IMG/VR virus record: IMGVR_UViG_3300020048_000112
Span: 7,103-71,102 of that record
Direction: 5' to 3' (one strand)
Length of the DNA: 64,000 nucleotides
Source of the DNA: a virus
Lineage: Duplodnaviria > Caudoviricetes
Below, piece by piece: positions 1 through 9,100 of this stretch. How positions within the stretch are numbered: position 1 is the first letter of the stretch; each line of letters begins with the position of its first letter. The notes beneath the pieces are model-generated. The model searched no databases and had not been told where the DNA came from. It was given only the letters and a program-made list of their open reading frames with translations. Both the position numbers and the translations under genes were made by a program.

Positions 1-1
1 G

Positions 2-370
2 GCTACCAAGATATTTCAGCATAAGATCCCTCTCATTTCAGTACCAGAAACCCAAGTATGGGTTGAAGAGAAGATCCGTTTACTGGAGAGCCTGGAAGAT
101 ACCCCTGAATGTGACCTCCCACTATGCGAGGCTAACGATCTCTGGCAAGACGAGCCTACCTACAAGTATTACAAGAACCCCGCTAAAAAGACTCGTAGTA
201 CCGCTAATTTCACTACCTCTGCAGAAGCTACTATTCGTTGGATTGAGGACGGTAGATGCGGTGAAGTAGTCACTGTTCCAGGCACATGTAAAGGCTGTCT
301 TTACTGTGATGCATTCCATCAATGTACTCAAAAAGATTCCCTGATAGCAGCGGGATCATTGAAAGTTTAA
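2..370 (+). CDS. N4 gp42-like putative nuclease, C-terminal part (5'-truncated by window; not in ORF track)
   Basis: Open frame 2 read by hand: ...DEPTYKYYKNPAKKTRSTANF...GTCKGCLYCDAFHQCTQKDSLIAAGSLKV*. Cys cluster at the C-terminus; lies immediately upstream of the primase, as N4 gp42 does. Confidence 0.75.
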   Translation, partial: ATKIFQHKIPLISVPETQVWVEEKIRLLESLEDTPECDLPLCEANDLWQDEPTYKYYKNPAKKTRSTANFTTSAEATIRWIEDGRCGEVVTVPGTCKGCLYCDAFHQCTQKDSLIAAGSLKV

Positions 371-378
371 GGAGAAAT

Positions 379-2550
379 ATGAAGTCATTAGACACTGTAC
401 CGTATCATGGTATGGCTGAGAAGCTTGTAGAAATTCTCTGTCAAAAAACACAAAATGCAAGTCCTCAGTTCTTTAGAGTGCTCATAAGCTACCACCTTGC
501 AAAGGTGGCATCCATGATGCGAGTAATGGTTCAGTCTAAAGACAGAGGTATTATCCCAGTTAACTTGTATGCCATAAACCTTGCGGCTAGTGGTCAAGGT
601 AAAGGCCACTCTACAGATATCATCGAGGAACAAATTACCAACAAGTTTTATAATGTGTTCTTCGATCAGACCTACCCGGTAGTCGTAGAAGAGAACCTTG
701 CTAAATTAGCCGTTAAACGGGCCAACATCAAAGAGCTTGATCCTGATGAGCAGATAGCTGTAGTCACCAAGGAGTTTGAAGCCTTGGGGCCATTACTGAC
801 AGCATTCGACTCAGGTACGACTGCAGCAGTTAAGCAGATGCACCATAAGCTTCTTATGTGTGAAATCGGGTCCATGAACTTCGAGATGGATGAGATTGGC
901 TCAAATCTCCTGGGTAATGCCGATATACTCGGTACATTCCTTGAGCTGTTTGACAAAGGTAAGATCAAGAAAAAGCTTACCAAGAATACCAAGGAGAACA
1001 GTCGTAATGAAGAAATCATCGGCAATACACCGGCTAACTTATTACTATTTGGTACACCGAGTAAACTTCTCGACGGGTCTAAAGTAGAGGACGAATTCTA
1101 TTCTTTCCTCGAAACAGGTTACGCCAGGCGGTGCATGTTTGGTTATACCCGAACCACAAACAAAAACATCAATATGACACCGGAGGATGTCTATGATGCA
1201 CTAACCGATACAAGTACCAATTCCTTCGTTTCAGATGTCAGCACTAAGCTTGGTCAGTTGGCCGGCATCACCAATTACAACAAAATTATCACCGTGTCTA
1301 AACCAGTGAGCCTATTGCTCATTGAATATCGTCAATCGTGCGAGCGTCAAGCTGCAGCTCTAAGTGAACATGAGGATATTCTCAAAGCTGAAATATCCCA
1401 TCGCTATTTTAAGACACTCAAGCTTGCCGGCGCATACGCCTTTATTGACGGTCAATCAGAGGTTACAGAGGACAACCTGTACTCTGCTATCAAAATGACA
1501 GAAGAGTCAGGGGTGGCCTTCAGGAAGCTTCTGAAGCGTGATCGTGCTTATGTCAAGTTGGCTAAGTACATTGCCAATGTAGGGCATGAAGTAACTCATG
1601 CTGATATGACAGAGGATCTTCCTTTTTATCGTGGTTCTGGGGCTACTAAAGCGGAGCAGATGCAGTTAGCTATAGCCTGGGGCTATAAGAATCAGATCAT
1701 CATCAAAAAGTCCTACAGCAGCGGTATCGAGTTCCTTACCGGTGAAACGCTGAAAGCTACGGACCTCAGTAAAATGAGGCTTGCCTACAGTACTGAATGG
1801 ACTGAGAACTATAAAAATGTAACAGCACCATTTGATAAGCTTCACCAGCTTACCCAAAAGGATGATCTTCACTGGATAACCCATCATCTGTCAGAAGGTC
1901 ATCGTCATGAAGAAGGTATCATATCCGGATTCAATATGGTGGTCATCGATGTCGATGGTAGCGTGTCTGTAGATAGTGTCAAAGCTATACTGAAAGACTA
2001 CGTATGCATGATCTATACTACAAAACGTCATACAGCTGCAGTTAACCGATTCAGGATAATCCTACCTATCAATTACTACATCAAACTGGACTCTGTAGAA
2101 TTTAAAGAGTTCATGGCAAACATCTTTGAGTGGCTGCCATTTGAGGTAGACACTGCAACCGGTCAGCGATCCCGTAAATGGATGACCTTTAATGGTCACT
2201 ACGAGTATCTCAATGAGAACAACCCTGATGCAAAGTTGCTTGATGCACTGGAATTCATACCTAAAACTACCAAGAATGACGAGCGTAAAAAGGATATGCA
2301 GACCATGAAATCACTCAACAATGTAGAGAGGTGGTTCATTAATAACACCGGGGACGGTAATCGCAATAACCAGCTTATCCGCTATGCAATGATGCAGGCT
2401 GATTCTGGTATGGCGTTTGATGTTATCAGGAATAATGTCATTGCACTTAATGATAAGCTTCCAGATAAACTCTCAGATAGTGAATTAACATCTACTATCC
2501 TAACCTCTGTATCTCGGGCTATTGCCGGTAGAGCTGCTAAAACAAATTAA
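379..2550 (+). CDS. N4 gp43-like DNA primase (helicase-like N-terminus, primase C-terminus)
   Basis: Track ORF 322..2550; AGGAG RBS favours ATG 379. Walker-A-like AASGQGKG, DVDG motif, C-terminal GNRNNQLIRYA; N4 synteny. Confidence 0.85.
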   Translation: MKSLDTVPYHGMAEKLVEILCQKTQNASPQFFRVLISYHLAKVASMMRVMVQSKDRGIIPVNLYAINLAASGQGKGHSTDIIEEQITNKFYNVFFDQTYPVVVEENLAKLAVKRANIKELDPDEQIAVVTKEFEALGPLLTAFDSGTTAAVKQMHHKLLMCEIGSMNFEMDEIGSNLLGNADILGTFLELFDKGKIKKKLTKNTKENSRNEEIIGNTPANLLLFGTPSKLLDGSKVEDEFYSFLETGYARRCMFGYTRTTNKNINMTPEDVYDALTDTSTNSFVSDVSTKLGQLAGITNYNKIITVSKPVSLLLIEYRQSCERQAAALSEHEDILKAEISHRYFKTLKLAGAYAFIDGQSEVTEDNLYSAIKMTEESGVAFRKLLKRDRAYVKLAKYIANVGHEVTHADMTEDLPFYRGSGATKAEQMQLAIAWGYKNQIIIKKSYSSGIEFLTGETLKATDLSKMRLAYSTEWTENYKNVTAPFDKLHQLTQKDDLHWITHHLSEGHRHEEGIISGFNMVVIDVDGSVSVDSVKAILKDYVCMIYTTKRHTAAVNRFRIILPINYYIKLDSVEFKEFMANIFEWLPFEVDTATGQRSRKWMTFNGHYEYLNENNPDAKLLDALEFIPKTTKNDERKKDMQTMKSLNNVERWFINNTGDGNRNNQLIRYAMMQADSGMAFDVIRNNVIALNDKLPDKLSDSELTSTILTSVSRAIAGRAAKTN

Positions 2551-2563
2551 TATAAGGAGATTT

Positions 2564-3298
2564 ATGGCAGGAGAAATCAACGACAACCTTGTGCTTATCT
2601 GTGGAGAAAGCACAGGGGGTAAAACGGCATCATTGCGTAATATCAATGATCCGGAAGGGGTCATGTATCAAAATTGCGAGGCAGGTAAAAAATGCCCATT
2701 CGCTTCAAAGTTCAAACAATTCATCATCACAGATCCTCTTCAGGTGTACGCAGGATTTGATGCTGCAGAAACGGATAAGTATAAGGCTATCCACACAATC
2801 GTTGTGGATAGCCTTACTTTCCTCATGGATATGTACGAGAGTGTTCATGTACTGACGGCTACCGATGGTCAAAAGGCATGGCAAGCATATCAGCAGTTCT
2901 TCAAAAATCTCATGCAACAGTACGTTGCCAGGTCGACAAAGAATGTAATCTTTACAGCACATGTACTGACTACTCTCAATGAGACTGAGCATATCATGGA
3001 GAAGAAGGTACCGGTCAAGGGAGCACTGAAGAATAATGGGTTGGAAAGCTACTTCAGTGTAGTAGTTTCAGCACGTAAAGTACCTCTTAAAATGCTGGAA
3101 GCATACAAGAATCCCTTACTTACCATCTCACCTGATGAGGAACTCATCGGCGTAAAGCATGTGTATCAAACCAGGCTTACCAAAGAAACTGTCAACGAGC
3201 GTATACGTGCCCCGATGGGGATGTGGCAGATTAATGAAACCTTCATTAACAATGACGCTCAAGTATTACTTGATCGATTAAAACAGTATTACAATTAA
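2564..3298 (+). CDS. N4 gp44-like P-loop protein (Sak4-like ssDNA annealing ATPase)
   Basis: AAGGAG RBS before ATG 2564; GESTGGKT Walker A, VVDSLTF Walker B; located between primase and SSB. Confidence 0.85.
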   Translation: MAGEINDNLVLICGESTGGKTASLRNINDPEGVMYQNCEAGKKCPFASKFKQFIITDPLQVYAGFDAAETDKYKAIHTIVVDSLTFLMDMYESVHVLTATDGQKAWQAYQQFFKNLMQQYVARSTKNVIFTAHVLTTLNETEHIMEKKVPVKGALKNNGLESYFSVVVSARKVPLKMLEAYKNPLLTISPDEELIGVKHVYQTRLTKETVNERIRAPMGMWQINETFINNDAQVLLDRLKQYYN

Positions 3299-3342
3299 TT
3301 AACGTAAGATAATCTTACATAACAATCATTAAGGAGTAAATA

Positions 3343-4089
3343 ATGGGACAACTTTTAACTGGTTTGGATATCCCTTCTGATATCAAAGAGAATGGGGATT
3401 TCCTTGGCGGCTTCTCAGCACTTGAATCAGGTGTCTATGACGCTACGGTAGAGCTGGCATATATGTCAGTTGCTGATAGCGGAGCCAAAGCAGTAAACAT
3501 CCTTCTGAAGACCTCTGATGGTCGTCAGATGCGTCAACAATTCTGGATTACTTCCGGTACGGCTAAAGGCTGCTTGCCTTATTACGTCAATCAGAAGACC
3601 CTGGAGAAGAAGTTTCTTCCCGGGTTTGAAATGGCACAACACCTTTGCCTGCTTACTGCGGGTAAAGCTATCAACACTCTGGAAACCGAAGAGAAGGTTA
3701 TTAACCTGTACTCTCCTGCTGAAGGTAAAGAGCTGCCTACGAAAGTAGACATGCTTGTAGACCTCCTGGGTAAACCGATCACTGCCGGCATTGTCAAACA
3801 GATAGTCGACAAGACCAAGAAGAATGACCAAACCGGTGTTTATGAGCCTACTGGTGAAGTCCGTACTGAGAACGAGATCGATAAGTTCTTTCGTACTCGT
3901 GACGGTATGACCGTAACCGAAATCAAGGCCAAAGCTACCGAAGCCAAATTTAAAACCCAATGGTCCGATAAATGGGATGGTCAAATCCGTGACAAGTCCA
4001 CCAAGACTGCTGGTGTACATGGCACCTCCGGCGCACCTAGCAAACCAGGTAAACCCGCTAACAATACAGCAGACTCCTTGTTTGCTTGA
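3343..4089 (+). CDS. N4 gp45-like single-stranded DNA-binding protein
   Basis: AAGGAG RBS; LESGVYDATVELAY and NEIDKFF segments typical of N4 SSB; C-terminus DSLFA; synteny. Confidence 0.85.
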   Translation: MGQLLTGLDIPSDIKENGDFLGGFSALESGVYDATVELAYMSVADSGAKAVNILLKTSDGRQMRQQFWITSGTAKGCLPYYVNQKTLEKKFLPGFEMAQHLCLLTAGKAINTLETEEKVINLYSPAEGKELPTKVDMLVDLLGKPITAGIVKQIVDKTKKNDQTGVYEPTGEVRTENEIDKFFRTRDGMTVTEIKAKATEAKFKTQWSDKWDGQIRDKSTKTAGVHGTSGAPSKPGKPANNTADSLFA

Positions 4090-4159
4090 TTGGTTCAAGC
4101 TACTGCTATCTACGGGTAGCGATAGTATCTAGTAATCTTTAACAAGAAGGAATCCACCT

Positions 4160-4624
4160 ATGGATATTACCATCACGATGGTTCAATCTGAAATCATCGA
4201 TGCAATCAAGTCATATCTTGATAAGCATGACATCCTTACCTCGGGTAAGGAGATTGAAATCAGCCTTACTGCAAGCCGATCACCAGCAGGCCACTCTGCG
4301 GTAATTGCTATTAAGGGTAATCTTAATGCCCTTTCTACTGCCGGCATGATGGCCCCTGTACTGACTACTCCGGAAGTCAATCCTCCATCTGCACCGGTAG
4401 CTACTCCTGCAGATGAATCACTGTTTGCTGAGGTTGTACAAGAACCAGTAAAGCAAACCCGTAAGCCTCGTACCCCGGCTGCACCAGCACCGGAGCCTAC
4501 ACCGGTACAAGTAGCTCAGGTTGCAGATGTAGTTGAAGATCTGTTCTCTGAGGCCAGCAATAATGCCGTAGAAGAGACTGTAGCTGAAGTTACCGAAGAA
4601 GAAGAATCACTCTTCGGGGCATAA
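4160..4624 (+). CDS. N4 gp46-like protein with Pro/Ala/Glu-rich tail
   Basis: RBS AAGGA; N-terminal ITITMVQSEIIDAIKSYL, acidic tail ending ESLFGA; synteny after SSB. Confidence 0.65.
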   Translation: MDITITMVQSEIIDAIKSYLDKHDILTSGKEIEISLTASRSPAGHSAVIAIKGNLNALSTAGMMAPVLTTPEVNPPSAPVATPADESLFAEVVQEPVKQTRKPRTPAAPAPEPTPVQVAQVADVVEDLFSEASNNAVEETVAEVTEEEESLFGA

Positions 4625-4629
4625 AGCGT

Positions 4630-4803
4630 ATGCTCAGAGTATTACGTGATTCTGCGATTACAGTCGCTATCGTCATTGTAATATGCATAGGAGCAACTCT
4701 TGTACCGGTGATTACAGCAGTCATTACAGTTATAGGGGTGCTGCTTTGTATCTGCGCTATTGCAACTATAATCTACTCAGTTCTGCATGATACTGTAGAC
4801 TGA
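4630..4803 (+). CDS. Small hydrophobic membrane protein (57 aa; not in track)
   Basis: MLRVLRDSAITVAIVIVICIGATLVPVITAVITVIGVLLCICAIATIIYSVLHDTVD*; two hydrophobic stretches. Confidence 0.6.
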   Translation: MLRVLRDSAITVAIVIVICIGATLVPVITAVITVIGVLLCICAIATIIYSVLHDTVD

Positions 4804-4829
4804 TTTTTTAAACATCAAAAAGGAAGATT

Positions 4830-5000
4830 ATGAAAGATACACTCGTTGAAGTTGAAACCTTATTTAAGGAGTTTACCGCCGATGCCAATAAGCTTGTATC
4901 AAGTGGTAATAAGTCTGCTGGAACTCGTTCTCGGGTTATTATTTCGCGCATTAATGCTGCGTTAAAGAAATGGCGTCAAGTATCAAATAAGGCTGCATAA
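4830..5000 (+). CDS. Short histone H1-like (Hc1-family-like) nucleoid protein (56 aa; not in track)
   Basis: MKDTLVEVETLFKEFTADANKLVSSGNKSAGTRSRVIISRINAALKKWRQVSNKAA*; GNKSAGTRxR motif; AGGA RBS. Confidence 0.65.
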   Translation: MKDTLVEVETLFKEFTADANKLVSSGNKSAGTRSRVIISRINAALKKWRQVSNKAA

Positions 5001-5082
5001 CAACCCATCCAGCGGAACCGGGCCACTGACCTATAAATTAATTGCGGAGTATTCCCGGTTTCCGCTGTATGGGCTGTTGGGC
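4995..5082 (+). mobile_element. attC-like recombination site 1
   Basis: GCATAAC (overlaps the stop codon) + 5-nt spacer + ATCCAGCGGAACCGGG ... CCCGGTTTCCGCTGTAT + GGGCT + GTTGGGC; long imperfect hairpin. Confidence 0.7.
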
Positions 5083-5111
5083 ATTTGCCCGTAACTTTTA
5101 AAGGTGAAAAA

Positions 5112-5297
5112 ATGACAAAAGCAATTCGAGTAGAAAACGCAGACACCAGTGACCACAAGGTAATGGTGCAAGTATGGGAGAAGGGGCCGGATGGTGGACA
5201 TGCAAAAATGATCAGCGAGCATCCACTGAATCACCCGACATCGATGATAGAAAAGACTATTTGGGAAGACCACTTTCTGCTCATCAAGGAAGTATGA
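5112..5297 (+). CDS. Hypothetical protein in cassette 1 (61 aa)
   Basis: AAGGTG RBS, ATG 5112; MTKAIRVENADTSDHKVMVQVWEKG...; lies between attC-like sites. Confidence 0.7.
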   Translation: MTKAIRVENADTSDHKVMVQVWEKGPDGGHAKMISEHPLNHPTSMIEKTIWEDHFLLIKEV

Positions 5298-5323
5298 ATT
5301 CATGGGCGGTGTGAATGTATGCC

Positions 5324-5383
5324 GCCCAACGTGCGGATAAGCCGCCCGGAGCTGTTCCGGGTCGGAATTATTGGCTGTTAGCG
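5324..5383 (+). mobile_element. attC-like recombination site 2
   Basis: GCCCAAC-GTGCG-GATAAGCCG-CCCGGA...TCCGGG-T-CGGAATTAT-TGGCT-GTTAGCG. GCCCAAC is the exact reverse complement of GTTGGGC at the start of the same cassette (5076-5082). Confidence 0.7.
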
Positions 5384-5397
5384 GAACAGGGGGAAAT

Positions 5398-5601
5398 ATG
5401 CAAAATAGATATGTGGTAGAATACTACAACGGTGAGAATCTGGTTGTAAGGATTGCTTCGTCAATCGTACCGCCAGTCGGCAGCAAAATTAGTATTCGAG
5501 GAAAAACATGGGGTGTGGCGCGGGTTACATTCGCGATCGACCACGTTGAAAAGATTAGCGAAAGATCAACGCGCGCAAATGTCGATCTTCAAGAATGCTA
5601 A
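5398..5601 (+). CDS. Hypothetical protein in cassette 2 (67 aa)
   Basis: GGGGG RBS, ATG 5398; the stop TAA lies inside the TGCTAAC core of the next attC-like site. Confidence 0.7.
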   Translation: MQNRYVVEYYNGENLVVRIASSIVPPVGSKISIRGKTWGVARVTFAIDHVEKISERSTRANVDLQEC

Positions 5602-5690
5602 CAGTGTAATAAGTGGAAAACAACCCACTGGCTAAACGTACCCGCCGATCGATGAGTATACTCTTTGCCATTTTCACCAACCGGTTAGTG
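5596..5690 (+). mobile_element. attC-like recombination site 3
   Basis: TGCTAAC ... GTGGAAAA ... TTTTCAC ... GTTAGTG. TGCTAAC complements GTTAGCG at the cassette start (6/7). Inner arms are more degenerate than in sites 1 and 2. Confidence 0.55.
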
Positions 5691-6075
5691 AGAATACCGA
5701 GTATTGCAATCAAGCGAAAAACCTTGTGCGTGACTGTAGGAGAGACTATATTAAATTTGACTTTATGGATCAGTAGGACAAAGAGGAGACAGGGATAGCA
5801 GCAACGAACAGGTACTAGGCTGACAGTCTACATCGACGGATGAATAATAGACAGGTCACACGTACACTCGGAATCCTAAAAGTGAAGAGGCGAGTCGTGC
5901 CGTCAAACTTAACACCGAAAGCTTGCTAACTACTGATTCATTCTTATTTTACAGAGGCAACGGGAAAACGTACTGTCCCACCATGAGCTGGTATGCCCGG
6001 GTGTAAACATACTGGCGAGCAATAGTGGATAATCTTGTGCGTGACATTGCTGGAGAGACAGCCCATTAAACCAGA
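5691..6075 (+). ncRNA. Putative structured non-coding RNA of unassigned family
   Basis: No convincing ORF. Two copies of CTTGTGCGTGAC followed by a GAGAGA-loop hairpin with different but pairing stems (5723-5750, 6034-6062); further internal hairpins; ends at a terminator. Confidence 0.4.
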
Positions 6076-6130
6076 AAATGCCCCTCAATCTATTGCTATG
6101 AGCTAGCTTGGATTGAGGGGCATTTTTTTT
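6075..6130. terminator. Bidirectional intrinsic terminator between the convergent replication and late blocks
   Basis: AAAATGCCCCTCAATC / GATTGAGGGGCATTTT 16-bp stem followed by a T run. Confidence 0.85.
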
Positions 6131-9100
6131 ATTTAGCCGCCATTGCAGCTTCAATAAATGGTTGAGCAGGATCTTCTAGCAACTGCACTATTATAGACTC
6201 ATCCATACTATCTATAAAGGCAGAGAAGGGATTCTCAATTAAATTGAGAGGATTCTTACTTAAGAATGGTACTGAGTTCCATATACTAGGTAAACCAAAA
6301 GCACCAGCCATAAGGAATGCTGTAATAGCCTCAAAAGGATGTTCCTTGATAGCATTAGCTATAGGCTTCAATATACGAAGGAAATACTTGCTGTACCATA
6401 TAAAACCCATAGCATTACCATACTCAATCATCTTATGAGTAGGTAAGTTGAAGTTTACAAATTCATGAATTACCTGAGCTACAGCTTTTTTATGAATGAA
6501 ATCAGCAATAGCTTTCTCAGTCTTATGCCCTGCAGCTATAGCCTCATCGTACTTGAATCGCTCTTTACCCCGGGAAGGATCAGTGTACCATTTATACATT
6601 GTGTACCTACTGACAAAATCCGTAGCCTTGACTGCATTATTAAGCATCTTGTACCCTGCAGTATCTTCAGCAAGAAAGATGACCTTACCACTCTTCAGGA
6701 CAGTCTTATTTAGCTTACTTGTTAATTTACTTACAGCAGTGTCCAGCTGTCCAGGATAAGGAGACTGTACGTTACTTGTCTCTATCTCATCAACGATCGA
6801 TTGTAATACACCTGCATCAACCAGAGGTGTTACAGGATTACGCGCAAGAGCATCATCCAACTCATTGACCTTAGTCTCAAGAACTTGAATACGAGAGTCT
6901 AGTGTTTGTTGGTTCAAAGCAGCAGTAGGTTTCATTCCTTTAAGAATCTTCAACTGTACCTTAGCTCTACCGAGTGCTGTAGCATCAGCTTCATAATGAA
7001 GCATACCCATAATAGAATCTTGATTCTGTTTAGCCATGAAGGTTGTAGGTACACCCATTGCTTTACAGTAGTTGGTATTACTCAAACTATTACCAGCAGT
7101 AACAGTGAGTGTCCTTACAATGACGTTATTCTTAGTAATCTTGGTAGTATCTTGAATAGCATCTTCAATGTCTTTCATACGCTGAATTTTCTTGTCCTTG
7201 AACAAGGCTTGAGCTGTATTAACAATCAGAGTCTCCAACACATTACGTTCAGCAGGGGTCTTACCAAAGGCTTCAGTAATAGAATACTTGGTTGAACCAA
7301 AAGCTAAATTAACTATATCCTTGGCAACAAACATCTTATTGTCACCCCAGATACGCTTAATATCCTGTTTAGCTGAAGCGGGTAGTTTATGATACATGGA
7401 CCTGAGTTCAGGATTCTTCGAGTACGGGCTTATCTCTACATATAGAGGAAACCTCTCTTTGTACTCTGCATCATACACATCCTTGAGAGCAGAAATACCC
7501 CGAGTGTTTATTTCTTTGGTTCCGACCTTATCAACTATCTGGCCGGCCATTGCTCCAAGGATATCAGCATAGTCCTTGTGTTGCTCAAGGATATCTTCCT
7601 TCATAGCCTCAGACATCTCATAGCGATACTCTACAATCTGACCCTGGTCATTGACCTTGGGTATCATATAATTTTTAGTAGGGGCATTACGATCAAATGG
7701 GGCCATCTTATGCTTAAACTGGTCATTCAATGCCATCTGCTTGGCCGCTATTAAACGATTATTATATTGAGCACCTCTAGTACCAGAAACACCCAGTTGC
7801 TCTTGTATATGGCGTGAGTTAGTTCCTTTGGCTCTATTTCCTGTAAATGAAAGTAAACCTGATAAGAGACTATTCACTGCACCTGTCTTAGCGGTGTAGA
7901 TATAGACATCTGCCTTCTCCGGATCATCAGGATCACGAGGAATAGCTACCTTAGATCGTGCATAACCCCTCTCTGCAAAGGCAGCTTCATCACTGAGGCT
8001 ACCATATTCAACATTGACCCTACTATTGAATATCTCCTTGATATAACCCTTACGTGTTTGAAGAGGATCATTAGCAAAGAGGATATCTTTAGCTTCTGTT
8101 TTTATCCTATTGGAAAAAGACATGACACCAGCTACAGCATTAGGATCTTCTTTGATCAATTTATGCAATGTAGCCCTGTGTGAGCTACGAACAAACGTAA
8201 GAGCATACATACTAGCGAGCCAATCAATAAGCATCTCTGCATGGTCTATATCAGCATCTTTGAGTGTACCCTGCATGTAGGTATTGTGTAGGCTTGCAAT
8301 TACCCGGGTATTAGGAAGAGTGACTTCCTCTAAACTACGCCCTGTAACCATCGTGTGTCCGAGTGATCTAGCCTGCTTCTGATAGTAGTGTCTTTGTTTG
8401 AAAAACTCAGGTTTAGCCCATATCTGACGCTCTATTTCATCTATAGCAGCTTTAAGGTTAGATTCACTTTCAAGCATAGAAGCTATCTCATCGATACTAA
8501 AATGATTATACAGAGTACCTAGATCAGCTTTAAGTAAGCTTTTAGTAATAGCCTCAGATTCTTTATCAGTTAACTCCCTAGACCATAAAGCCTTAAGGGT
8601 TTTAATTGTATGATCTACTTCGGCTTCACGAGGCTTATCTACCAATATCTTCTTGGTTTCCATGAGCATGTGGATAGACTCTAGCCGGTCAGTCTTACCG
8701 CGGATCTCGGAGACTAACTGTTGTACCAATCCGTATCGTTGTCCATCGATTAACCGACGCATATCTCTAAGCATCTGACCTACAGGGTTATTGGCCTGGG
8801 TCATTGTAGTGCGAAGAGTACGCAGGTTCTTAACAAGGTTCTTTTGAGGATATGCCTTAAAGAAAGCTGCAATTTTACTGTCGACATACTTAGCAAGCTT
8901 ACTTCTACCCGCATCAAATAAGTCAAATGAGGTAGCAATAATGCCTTTATGCTTACTCTCAACAGCCTTCAATTCTCGAGCCAAAGCCTCTAACTGAGCA
9001 GCTACATTAGCCTCACGTTTAATCGATCGGAAGTTGTTATTAATGATCGACATGATCTTATTAAAGATATTGACGAGGGTAGCTTGAATGCTATCTTTCT

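Noticed and set aside
5613-5798. 61-aa track ORF
   Set aside because: Overlaps attC-like site 3 and the RNA motif, has no RBS and no protein-like features.
5726-6045. GTGCG motifs suggesting a group II intron 5' end
   Set aside because: No recognisable domain V, no interrupted gene and no RT/maturase; too short.
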